Source: Octopus vulgaris
Taxonomy: Eukaryota
Reading direction: 5' to 3'
NCBI GenBank assembly: GCA_951406725.2
Contig: OX597833.1
Coordinates: 8,742,001 to 8,806,000 of the forward strand
DNA: 64,000 nucleotides
Below, in pieces: positions 36,429 to 48,315 of this stretch. The first letter of the stretch is position 1, and each line of letters begins with the position of its first letter. Both the position numbers and the translations under genes were made by a program. A model generated the notes under the pieces. The model was not told the origin of the DNA and searched no databases. It saw nothing but the letters and a program-made list of their open reading frames with translations.

Positions 36429-38315
36429 TCGCCATGATTGACTGCTAACTCCACAAGGTTTTTTTATTCTCTCTGTTTATTTCCTCGTGTTCCTTTCTGT
36501 TGAAGAGCGTAGGTTCGAAACGTAAAAGACTTTCTCATCTTCCTGAGTGTCAAACTAATACACCTGCTTGTTGTTTATACACCTGTTTTCATCTTGTTTT
36601 TCTTTAAATTTCAACTATATATATATATATGTATGTAGGGAAGGGGCTCCAAAAGGGGTTCCAGGGTGTAGCATACCTGTCTTCCTAAGCTAGCTTTCCA
36701 CCTCATTTCTAACAAATCATGGTGGAGCCCTTGGTCTTGGGACCGCTGATGCCTAGAAACTAAGGTTGGGACTAAGCATGTTCCCTGTAGAAAATACACC
36801 ACCTAACGAGCCTCATGATAGCAAAAAGGAATGGGCACCAGGCAGCCCAAAGGTTGGGGTGGGCTGCATCTGCCAACGTCAGTTGCTATGGCATTGAGGT
36901 AGATCCAGCCACCCCCGTTAATGGGGACAAAACCCAGATTTAAAACACTGAATGATGATGATGATAATGATGATGATATATATACAGACACACACACACA
37001 CACACACACACTCACAAGTAATCATTTGAACTTTGTGTATATGGCTACTATTATAACAATTCAAGCACTTTCACTGTTCTGGCTACCTGACGTCATCCAC
37101 TGATTTGATATCACTTTTACTGGATCTTGTAAATGTGTGGAAATGAGATGATCAGAAGAAGGCATTTTGGAGGGCGGCGGGGGGGGGTTAACATAACACA
37201 GATTTATTTAAAGAGAGGGTAACATGGTGTAACAAATAAACAAAGGTAATTATGATTTACTCCTGTGTGCAATGATAGAAATAACAATCTGCTGGAGTGA
37301 GTCTGTCAGAGAAAAGAGTCAACTCACTGAGGAGCAGTCAAAATCCATGCATTGTGTGAAAGAGAAAATGCAATAACTTGCTTCCAAGTGAGTTTTTAAG
37401 AAACCAATTAGCGTGTCGTTCCATGTGACCGAAGTCGCTGGACAGTTGAGGATCGCTTGTTAACCTTCTAGCTTCTAGGTAGCTCCTGACTTTCCTAACT
37501 TGAATTTTGGCACCTGTTCTTCTGGGCAGACAACATCATATTCTTCTACTGCCAGTTCCTAAAGGCCAGAGGAATGCAGTGCTAATGTGTTGCGACGCTG
37601 AAGCAAAGTATTTCGACTGCACTGCTACAAATGTTGAATTTTTGCTGCATTATTCAACATTCAAACACACATGCCTGCATCCCGTTACATACATGCACCT
37701 CAATATTGTGCTTTAACTCCCTTGTTTCATCACATCTGTGCCTGACTCGACTCCTTTGCCTGACTCAGTGCACACTGCATAGCTCATCGTGCTCTCTGCA
37801 CCCTTCTTTTCAGACACAACTTGCATCTGTAAGACCACAGGTTGATCACAGTGTACATAGAGAACGTTTGCTTCTCTCTCAACATTCCACGCTTTGCTGT
37901 TCTTGCTTAACCACAGCAAATACCCCCAGACACAGGTGAGACTCATTTTGTCTCTGCAATTATTTTCAGGTATTTCACATAGCATGCACACCTACCTAGA
38001 AAATTCTACCTCACGTCATTGATTGAGAATGCACTCAGTCACTTTTGCAGCTGCACTCTCTATTGCTCGTGTATGCACACTCGCATGCACGCTGATCCAG
38101 GCATGCAAATACTGCACAATTCATACACAAAGCAATACATCACTATTCGAACTCACCTGAATAGATACCTGTTCCCGTATACATTTACATGATTCTCTCT
38201 CTTGATATGCACAATTTTTCTCAGTTTCGCATCACATTCATCTGAAAACAAAATGCTTCATACTTTTCACAATTTTCTGCGTTGTTTTTCCTTTTATGCC
38301 TAATTCACATTCATG

Positions 38316-38722
38316 CAATTGTTTTCCTTCCTCGATGTTCTGAAACCTATACTTTCTACAGATACCCTACTATACTACATAGTGTTTATTTCTACCCACT
38401 TTCAATAATTTTGAATGTTTTGGCTTCAATTTTGCACAATTGTTTTCCTTCCTCGATGTTCTGAAACCTATACTTTCTACAGATACCCTACTATACTACA
38501 TAGTGTTTATTTCTACCCACTTTCAATAATTTTGAATGTTTTGGCTTCAATTTTGCACAATTGTTTTCCTTCCTCGATGTTCTGAAACCTATACTTTCTA
38601 CAGATACCCTACTATACTACATAGTGTTTATTTCTACCCACTTTCAATAATTTTGAATGTTTTGGCTTCAATTTTGCACAATTGTTTTCCTTCCTCGATG
38701 TTCTGAAACCTATACTTTCTAC
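38316..38722. repeat. 121-bp tandem repeat x~3.3 (about one unit in unit 2, 51261-51390)
   Basis: tgaaacctatactttctac recurs at 38341, 38462, 38583, 38704. Confidence 0.95.
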
Positions 38723-39199
38723 CATTCCACATGCACTCCAATCTCGCACACGTTCACTGTATATTTCTTAGTTTTCTCCACTTGCATTTTCTCTTTTACT
38801 CACTTTCCCTAGATCCTCCTTTTCTTCAGAAACTCTTTAGGTGGGGAATATTGTGAGTGACCATTTTCTCCTGTGGTTACTCAAGATTGTAAACCGAATC
38901 CACATACCTGTTGCTTGTCACATGGTTGTCTCATGCTTTCTGTTTTATTAAATTGTGTAAATTGCTGTTTTACACCTTATTTTAGAGATGTCAAAGAACA
39001 GACGAGAAAACTTTTGTAGACATTTGAGGATTTGACAGGTGTAAACAATATTGGTTTCAAACATTGGTACAAGGGAGAAGTCGATTGCATTGACCCCAAT
39101 GTTCAACTGGTACCGTTTAATCAACCACGAAAGGATAAAAGGCAAAGTCAACCTTGGTGGAATACAGGTATAAGTAATATTTCTGCATGAAATCAAATT

Positions 39200-39680
39200 C
39201 GATGACTGGCATCCGTGCTAGCGGGGTGCAAAGAGCACCATCCGTGCTAGTGGGGTGCAAAGAGCACCATCCGTGCTAGCGGGGTGCAAAGAGCACCATC
39301 CGAGTGTGATCGTTGCCAGAGCAGCCAACTGGCTTCCATGCTGGTGGCACGTAAAGGGCACCATTCGAGCGTGATCGTTACCAGTGTCGCCTTACTGGCA
39401 CCTGTGCCGCCTTACTGGCACCTGTGCCGCCTTACTGGCACCTGTGCCGCCTTACTGGCACCTGTGCCGCCTTACTGGCACCTGTGCCGGTGGCACATAA
39501 AAAGCACGCACTACACTCTCGGAGGGGTTGGCGTTAGGAAAGGCATCGAGCTGTAGAAACTCTGCCAGATCAAGATTGGAGCCTGGTGCAGCCATCTGGT
39601 TCGCCAGCCCTCAGTCAAAATCGTCCAACCCATGCTAGCATGGAACACGGACGTTAAACGATGATGACGATGATGATGAC
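39200..39680 (+). mobile_element. RTE 3'-UTR fragment with 30-bp and 20-bp tandem repeats (paralog ~51870-52268)
   Basis: catccgtgctagcggggtgcaaagagcac x3; cgccttactggcacctgtgc x5 here but x1 in unit 2; (GAT)n tail. Confidence 0.8.
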
Positions 39681-39847
39681 AATTAGAAGAGGCGAAGGGA
39701 AACATGTTGTCGTTATCTTCATTGCAGGGAAAAGAAGCAGCAGGTTACATTACAAAAAGAAAAGAGAAGCAAAGTCTATTCCAGGTGGAGACCATTTCTC
39801 TCCCTTACCAGAATGTGAACATCTTTTCTTTCAATTGCTTTTACTTG

Positions 39848-39906
<59 letters not shown>

Positions 39907-40049
39907 CACCTTTACTCCTCCCCACCCCATCTATCTTCCCCTCTCCCCCTCTCATGCCCCTCTAGCAGTTAATCTCACTTGTATAATGACAATATTAATA
40001 CAGTGGGATGTAACACAGGTTTAACATTTTTTTTCTTTTCTTTACCCAG

Positions 40050-42224
40050 GACTCTGATGAAAAAATAAAATTTTACAGGATAAAAGTTGAAGAATTTCCA
40101 AACATGCTGGAAGAATGTTTTAACCTTAAAGTGAATGCACTTAAGACCAAGTTGCAAAAAGTTGAAAATGCCTTAAGAAATGAGATTTTGCTTGATTTAC
40201 AAGAAGAAATTTGCAACCAACATGCTAAAGTCTTCCTCCTTTGGACTCTACATGAGCAAATATTGGCCAAGGAAATCTCCATTGAAATACTGGGAAAAGA
40301 TCCGGATAACTTGTTGGCATTAACAAACCAAGCGTTAATGTTCGTGCATTATGAAAATTTCCCTGAAGTCGATAGAGTGCTGGACAAACTGAACGCTTTA
40401 AAAAGCAGCCCCAATTTCCCTTCATTGGAAGCGAGAGGTAAAGCTGAAATTGCCTGTTGCATTTCTAGAATATCTTTTCACCATTATCAACGTGCCATTG
40501 AACTTTTCAAAGAAGCTCTTCAGGTTTGCCCAAACAATTACTTTTGGCTTTTTCGCCTGGCTCTGCTAATTTATCGTAGGATGAGGATATTATATGATAA
40601 AGAAAAGATAGAAAAATCTTCAAAGGAAGCTACTGAAATTCTTCAAAGAATTACTTCTAATTATCCTTGTTATGTTAATGATCATCTAATGGCTAAAACT
40701 TTGGCTTTGCTAGGATCTCTTGAAAATACTGCTTTTTTCCGTTCTCGTAATTGGAGAACAATTGAATATTTCCAGAGAGCTTGTAGTATGTTTCCTCAAG
40801 ACCGATTTGTAATGGAAAAAAGTGCTACTTTCTATTTATCGATAGGTAAGTATGAAGATGCACAGAAATTGCTAGAGGAAGCCGTTAAAAGAAATGAGAC
40901 CTCACTTTCACATCATCATCTTGGTATTATTTATAAAAATCAAATTCCTGAATACAAAGATTTGTGCGTTAAAGAATTACCCTTCTCCAATTGTGAAACA
41001 CAAGAACTAAAAGAATTAAAAGTAGAAAAACGAATATTAAAATGTCCTGAGAGAATACCTGATATTGAAAGAAATGAAAATGTGGATAAGGCTGAATACC
41101 ATTTTAAAAGAGCTTACAGTCTGGATCCTCAGAATTTACATGTCATGTATGACCTAGCCTTGTTATACAGAAGTGTGCGCGAATATGAAAATGCGATGAA
41201 ATGTTTTGAAGATATTGACTTTTCAGTTTTGAACATTTGGGACACAATCAAATACTTCATTCAATATGGAAAATTTTGTTTTTTTCTGGCTGACAAAAAA
41301 GAAAGTGAAGAAGAGAAACAAGATTTAATAGATGTTGGTACAGATATGTTTGTCTGTGCCATCAATCATTTATCTGAGATTCTGGTGCTCAATAAAAGAC
41401 AGAAAAAAATTTGGGAAATCAAAAAGATAATGGAAGGAATTTATAACTTTGCTGACACCGAATACAAAAGTAATCTAATGAAATTAATTCAGTCTATAAA
41501 AGAATTGCCTGATGAGGGAGGAATTTTCCCAAAACTTCTAAAAGAATGCGGTGGAAATGAACTTTCACAAAAATTACGATTGTTATGTCGACAGGAGGAA
41601 TTTCAACAAGCTTTTCTCCATTTAGAGTTTTCTGGTTGTCAACAAAGTGAAATTGATGTAGACCTGAGGAAAACAATTTATCTTCAATATACTAAAGAGT
41701 TCTATGGAAAGAGACAGAAGGTAGCTACGATAATTTTCAAAAAATATTACAAACTTTGCTTTGGCCATTCCCAAGAATCTGAACACAAAGCAGGTACTGT
41801 TGGCTCATCAAAGATTCCTTTCTTTCAATATGATGTCTACATTTTAACATCCAAAAGTGATAATGGTGATGCTAAACATCTAGCAGAGAGTTTGGTGACA
41901 TATTTTGGATTGCAAACTAGCTACGGAGACTCTGATTTCACTCTAGGAATAGGAAAAATGGTAAATGTTAATAAAGTAATGGAAGACAGCTGCCATATTG
42001 GAATCTTTTATTCCAAGGATATTTTATCTGAAACGAAATATGCCGTGGAAATTATGAAAAACCGAAAACTGAAAACTGGAAAGATTTTTCTGATAAACAG
42101 CAATAACAGTTCTGAGATAGCCAAACATTTACAAAGTTTTCCTAATGTCGACTACAAGAACAAGAACAACATAGAACTGTTAAGACTCTTTGAATTGCTT
42201 TGTTCTTCAGAGAAAGATAGATAG
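40050..42224 (+). CDS. TPR-TIR gene copy 1, exon 2: IFIT/TTC22-like TPR protein with C-terminal TIR-like domain (~738 aa spliced)
   Basis: 706-aa ORF extended 18 codons upstream to a polypyrimidine+CAG acceptor. TPR helices (YQRAIELFKEALQVCPNN; KYEDAQKLLEEAV; KAEYHFKRAYSLDPQN). TIR-like from 41829 (YDVYILTS..D..AKHLAESL...GL...DSDFTLG...NVNKVMEDSCHIGIFYSKD). Confidence 0.88.
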   Translation, partial: DSDEKIKFYRIKVEEFPNMLEECFNLKVNALKTKLQKVENALRNEILLDLQEEICNQHAKVFLLWTLHEQILAKEISIEILGKDPDNLLALTNQALMFVHYENFPEVDRVLDKLNALKSSPNFPSLEARGKAEIACCISRISFHHYQRAIELFKEALQVCPNNYFWLFRLALLIYRRMRILYDKEKIEKSSKEATEILQRITSNYPCYVNDHLMAKTLALLGSLENTAFFRSRNWRTIEYFQRACSMFPQDRFVMEKSATFYLSIGKYEDAQKLLEEAVKRNETSLSHHHLGIIYKNQIPEYKDLCVKELPFSNCETQELKELKVEKRILKCPERIPDIERNENVDKAEYHFKRAYSLDPQNLHVMYDLALLYRSVREYENAMKCFEDIDFSVLNIWDTIKYFIQYGKFCFFLADKKESEEEKQDLIDVGTDMFVCAINHLSEILVLNKRQKKIWEIKKIMEGIYNFADTEYKSNLMKLIQSIKELPDEGGIFPKLLKECGGNELSQKLRLLCRQEEFQQAFLHLEFSGCQQSEIDVDLRKTIYLQYTKEFYGKRQKVATIIFKKYYKLCFGHSQESEHKAGTVGSSKIPFFQYDVYILTSKSDNGDAKHLAESLVTYFGLQTSYGDSDFTLGIGKMVNVNKVMEDSCHIGIFYSKDILSETKYAVEIMKNRKLKTGKIFLINSNNSSEIAKHLQSFPNVDYKNKNNIELLRLFELLCSSEKDR

Positions 42225-44106
42225 ATGGATGGATGGAATGGAGGACGGACGGACGGACGGACGGATTGACGAACAGATGGATGGATAGGTGGATGCATGC
42301 ATACATATATACATATATACTCTTTTCCCTTGTGTTTATTTTTGGAAAAATATGTATATATATATTTACTTATATTTTGTGTGTAAGTGTATGTATATAT
42401 ATGTATATGTTTATGTGTCGGTGTATGTATTAGTCTACGCATACATGTGTATACTTATGTGGATATATGTGATTGTATATATATATATATATATATCTTC
42501 CTAGTAAGCTTTCCATGTATTTGTTTGACAGTCTTATATATTGAGTTCTCTTTGTATACGTCTAAATTTGTATTTTATTTTATTTTTTTTTTTTATTTAA
42601 TTTTTTTTCTTCTCCTTTATTATTACTATTATTATTATTTTATTTTATTTTATTTTTTATTCAATATTTATTATTTATTATTTTTTATCTTTTATTTATT
42701 TTTTTTAGTTACAGGCACCTATTAATTTATAATTAATTTAATTTATAATTAATTTATATCTTACATTTTATATTTAATAACATTTTCTGTATATTGTATA
42801 TGTGTTTATATGTCCTTCGGTTGTTTGGTTATGAATGTATATATATGCAAAGCTGTGGGCAGACTTGTATATCTGTAATTTCGTACGTATATGTGGATAT
42901 GTCTACATATGTTCATGTGTGTATGTATATATGTATGCATATGTATATTTATATGTATATATATATTCATGGGTGGATATATGTGTATATGTTTCTTTTT
43001 ATATATATATCAATACATATATGAGTGTGTATGTATGTATATGCAAATGTTTGCGGATGCAGTGCATGCGAGTGTATATATGTATATGGCTGTGTGCGGG
43101 GGGGGGGGGTATGTATGTTGGTGCAGTTTTCCTATGCCTATGCTTGTTTATTAGGGAAGGTTCGAGTGGGGACACAGTCGAAATTGTGTTTATCTGGAAG
43201 GTTTCACAGCACGATAAATGTTTACGAAATTTGTGGTGTAATTTCAATTATGTATCTTATGCTAATAACGTACTTCGACTGAGTATGGGTGTCTGTTTGC
43301 ATGCATGTATGTATATTTATGGATATATGTGAGTAGTTGTGTATGTAAACATATATGTGTGTATGTAAGCTTGTATTTCCTGTATTGTGATTTATCCATG
43401 TATATATGTGTAAGCGCACATATACGTGTGTACGTCTGTAAGTATTTCTTAACAAACCAACCGTAACGAAGACAATTGAAATTCAAATGTGCCGCCCAAT
43501 CGTATTGGGCGTTCGATCTTTAGCTATCTCTGAACTTAATACTTTACACATATCACAGTCAAAATTATGGCTGGCACCCGTGTATATGCTTGTGCACCTG
43601 TGAAATTTGCTATGATGTAAATTAATGTTTTTCTTTTTTCATTTTTATGGTACTGTATTATTGTTGTTGTTGTTTTTGCTATTATGTTGCTAACCGCGTG
43701 ATGCATATATTGTTTTGCTGGTATTAATGTTAATGTTATTAATAATAACAATAATGATATTAGTAGCAATAGTGGCAATGATAATGGTAATGATGGTAAT
43801 ATTAATGACATTTTGTAACTTAATATAATGAACTCTTGACTTTGTATATCTGCATTTGAATATGAATATGTGTATGTTTGTATATTGTAATATTCTAATA
43901 TATTGTTTTGAACAACTGTAACCTTGAATATAGAACATATGTATGTATATTGCTGTATATTATTATGTATATATATATATATATGTATAGGAGTATGGGT
44001 ATATGCACTCATATGTATGTGTATATTATATATTATGGGTATGTACCCACTCTTGTATGGGTGTACCTCCTCTGATTTTCATATTTAATTTAGTTTGTAC
44101 TTCATA

Positions 44107-44233
44107 ATCTCTGAAGAGGCCTTGGGATATTTTTGTAAGTGTCTCATTTATAACCACATATTAACTTATCACACATGGCTAATATGAGCATAATGAGATA
44201 CCCATATCTGCATGGCTGAAACAGCTGTAAGAT
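44107..44233 (+). ncRNA. Type I hammerhead ribozyme motif, Penelope-like (paralog 57880-58006)
   Basis: Stem I ATCT/AGAT; core CTGAAGA; stem II GGCC/GGCT with long structured insert; GAAA; palindromic stem III CAGCTG; GTA cleavage triplet. Confidence 0.65.
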
Positions 44234-46391
44234 GTACTTTATATTTATATTTATTTATATTTACTTATGCATATTGTACTTATTGTATAATATTACTCAT
44301 TGATGTACATTGTTTTGTTCTATACTATTATGTTTGACCTTAATGTTCATATGTAGTGGTTTAATAAATTATGTGATTGGGTATTATCTAGTAGTTGATT
44401 ATTGATTAAGGTGTATTTCTCCATTTTCTTATTTTGTATTATTAATTTGTGGTAAAACATTTTACCTTTGCCCATATAATACAGTAAATCAATTAATTGC
44501 ATCACAATTCTTAACATTTATGTATTAAGTTTGTTGGGTGCTTTACTGGCAGAATATTGGATATATGTTATCCCATGGAGGGTTACACTCACAACCCCTA
44601 TCTCTATTTATATATATAAATATATATATACATACATATACACACACATAGTAAATCCAAACAAAGAAGAACAAACAAGAAAAAACAATGTTGCGAGGAC
44701 GTGGTACAAGTCCTGTCTTATCAGACGCTCAGGAAACGAAGGAAAGGGGATTTAACGTTTCGAGCCTTGCTATTCTTCAGAAATAGAAGAAAGAAGGGAA
44801 AACACAAGAAGAAAATCACCACCGATACCCACCTGGTTAAGACAGCAGAGTGCAAGAGAAGGAGACGTGTGTGTGTGTGTGTGCGCAGGTCTGTGTGTGT
44901 AATAATAGCACGTATATGTGTGTGAGTGTGTGTGGTTTTGGTTTATGTGTGTGTGTGTGTGTGTGAGAGTGGACTTTGTGTCAATGTCGTAGGAAGAATT
45001 TATGGTAAGAATATTAGGTCGGAGTTTTTTTGTGTGTGTGTCCCTTCACATGCGCTGAGGAGAATGATCAGTAGAAAGGTGTTTACCTGGTAGTTTGAAG
45101 TATGTGTGTGTCTGTGTGTGTGTGTATATGTATATGTTGTGTGTGTGTTTTGTATGCTTGTTTATGTGTATGCATTGGGTTGTGTGTGGAGTTGTCTGAA
45201 GCAAATGTGCATTACTCTGTGTCTGTGTGTGTGTGTGTGTGCATGTATATATAATTGTGTGCGTGTATGTATGAGTGTGTATGGCAGGTATGTGTGGGTT
45301 CTTTTGTCTATGTGTATGTGCGCGTGGGTGTATGTGTGTGTGTGTATTTTTTCGTGTGTGTGTGTGTATGTATGTGTGCGTGTATACAGAAATAAAATAA
45401 AAAATAAATTATAATAAGGTTGATAGGGGATAAAGAAGAAGAAGTTGATACGATATAAAGTGGAGCAATTAAAAACAAAAATGAAATAAAGTTGCTTTGT
45501 TAGGTCTGTCGTTCTTCGTTATTTCTGTAATAAAAATAGTTTTGAATGATTTCTGTGCGAGTGTATGAAATGGGTGCGTGTGTATGTGTGTGAGAGAGCA
45601 AGAGCGAGAATTTCATTAAAAACTGCCCATTTTCCTGCAAGTTATAATGATTCATGTGAATTTTCTGAAATTCCCGGAAAATGTTTTTTCACAAAAACTC
45701 TGACACAATCGGAATCTACTTCACCAGAAAATGAGTTTGTAGAAAATTTCGTTAAAAAACAAAAATACGCATTAAGTGGGCGGCTCTAACTTATGCTTGT
45801 ATACCCTGGTAACGGGAGGCCCCGAAACGGCCCTCATTCTCTCCTGTTCACCTCCATAAACGTGACAGTATCTGGAGTGCAGGGCTCTGAACTGCTAGCA
45901 CTTGCACTGGCAAGGTGTTTGCAAGCACAGAAATAAATGAATGCCCGCTTTCTACGTCAGTCAGTGAAGGCAGTCACTGACGTAGATTTTAAAATACGTA
46001 TCTTAGTAAATTCACTCAATACAATAAGGTTGCTTGGCCGCGTCCAGTAAATAGGATAAAGGTTGTCAGGCGTTAAAAGTGAAACTACATTTAAAATTGT
46101 TTTGACAACTTGTAACTTCTTTCGAGGAGTTCCAGCTTTGAAAAACACTTCAACACATTCCAGCTGTGAAGAATCTACACAAAACTTAGACTAAACTTCT
46201 TCTGTCGTCTAATTTGTAGAATTTATTTCACTGACAGAAACTAAGAAGGATAAAAAAGAAAGAGAAAGAAACGTTTGAACTGTTTCCCGTTTCATTTCCT
46301 TATTTCCTCGCTGTTAACCTGATTCCATCAAAGTCTTTCTTCGCACTTGTCCGCTTTATAAATTCTTTCCTGACACAACTTAAGCGACGAG

Positions 46392-46433
46392 ATGGAAACA
46401 GACTTCCTTCGAAAAATGGTCAACTTGACACTC
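46392..46433 (+). CDS. TPR-TIR gene copy 2, exon 1 (METDFLRKMVNLTL)
   Basis: Paralog of 31636-31677 with intact ATG and GTAAGT. Confidence 0.7.
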
Positions 46434-46613
46434 GTAAGTATAGAATCAATCATTCAATCAATCAATTTATATCGGTTATTGTTCACAACTTGTTTCAAAC
46501 GGCATACATTACGATTATAAGGATTTTGTGGCTAAAATCTTTTCCAAGGGGGTGGCGAGATGACTTCGGAAGATTCACAAGATCCGAGTTTCTCCCTCAT
46601 AACTGTAGATATG

Positions 46614-46644
<31 letters not shown>

Positions 46645-46682
46645 ATGGGTGTATATATATGTATATAATATATATATGTATA

Positions 46683-46739
<57 letters not shown>

Positions 46740-46744
<5 letters not shown>

Positions 46745-48025
46745 CGGAACGGACTGGAATCGCCCGTCGTCGCTCGTCCCGAACGGCTCGCACACTAGTT
46801 CCGCCACGGAACCCAAAGAGGCGGAGAGAGGAGAGATACAGACAGACACTGCCACAACCTCAACAGCACAGAGATACAGAGGCACAACCCGAGAGATACA
46901 ACCCAAAGAGAGGCAAGGCAACAGAGACACTGGCTTATATTTAACAACAGTTTATATGACAATCAATTGATACACATCAAATACATTTAAGGCAAACAAC
47001 AAATCAATACATCATACGGGTATACCACAGATCAATGCATTTAACAACATCATGTAACAATATATCAGTCCGGAGACACAACAAGTCATATACAGTATTT
47101 CAAAGGTACACGTCCGAAGACACAGTTCTCTAAAGTCTCTTTTTCTACACATCACAGATAGCGTCACATCGACAGTCCTTCTTTTTCTCTCTTCTTTTCT
47201 CTTTCTTTTCTTTTACAGTCTCTTTACCTCGTGACACATATAAATACACAATCAATACAATTAAATACCTTATTCCTAATTGAATCTGCCAGTGTCCCAT
47301 TCCTCTCAATACTGCTAATTCCTCTGTACAATATTCCCTCTGCGCCGCCAAGCTTTCTCGCATCCAGCTTGCTCCTTAAATCCCAAGATCCCTGCTGGTC
47401 TGTCCAAGATCCGTCTGTGTTCTTCCACGACCGCTCCACGACTGCCCAGATCCGTCCTTCCTGACGACCAACTCCCAACTGCCTTCTTCGAGGACCGCTC
47501 ACCGACTGCCCAGAACCTCACTTCCTTGTCCTGACTTCCACTCCCTCATCTCCCTCTGTCTATATCGCTCCTACCCTTTCTAACTGCTCTCTGATTCCTT
47601 ACTCTATCTATATCGCCTCAATCCCTTAGCCTCTCTATCTGTCCCTTACTGCTTATCCTTTCTATTTGCCCTCTGCTCTTACTCTATCGCTATCGCTATC
47701 GCCTGCCAGACTCTTAGCCTCTCCATCCGCTCTCTGATCCCTTAGCCTGTCTATCTCTATCGCCTGCTGCCTATTACCCTCTCTTGACAGCTCTACCATA
47801 CTCTCTGCTTGTCCCTCTCTGCCCCCTCATCCTCTCTCACGACATATTCAAGGGGTGTCCAGGGCGAACTTTGGTTCACCTGAAAGGGGTCGTAGTTCCA
47901 AACAGAACCAATTAATCCACCTAAATCTGACAGGACAATGGGTTTATCCTAATGTAGGTCACTGGGACATACTACACTGGCTAACCCAGGTCACTGGGAC
48001 ATACTACACTAGCTAACCTGTAACA
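46740..48025. mobile_element. Solo LTR (~1.29 kb) in intron 1 of copy 2
   Basis: TGTTGC...GTAACA termini, inserted in an (AT)n tract with ATAT on both sides; no coding capacity; absent from units 1 and 3. Confidence 0.75.
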
Positions 48026-48315
48026 ATATGTATGTATGTATGTATATGAAAAGAGTAATATTGTCTCAGAGAAACAAAAGGGTTTATAGGACTGTAAAAG
48101 AAATGCTCAAATATAAATGAGTCGAAGATAAGCCGTTCTATTTGTATTATATTTGGATATATATATATTTTTTACATTCTGTGCTTTTCTGTATACGTTA
48201 TATTTCTTTTGTGTTTGTAGACCACGGGGTTTTTTTTATATGATTAAATGTTTGAGGGGTCATGTTGTATGGAAAGTCGACCCAAAATTAATGTTTGTTC
48301 TATAACTAATGCTTC

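Noticed and set aside
40104-42224. Bacterial contamination or horizontal transfer of a TPR-TIR defence gene, suggested by the long uninterrupted ORF
   Set aside because: It has a spliceosomal acceptor and an upstream exon, host-like composition, and is flanked by host SINEs and microsatellites in every copy.
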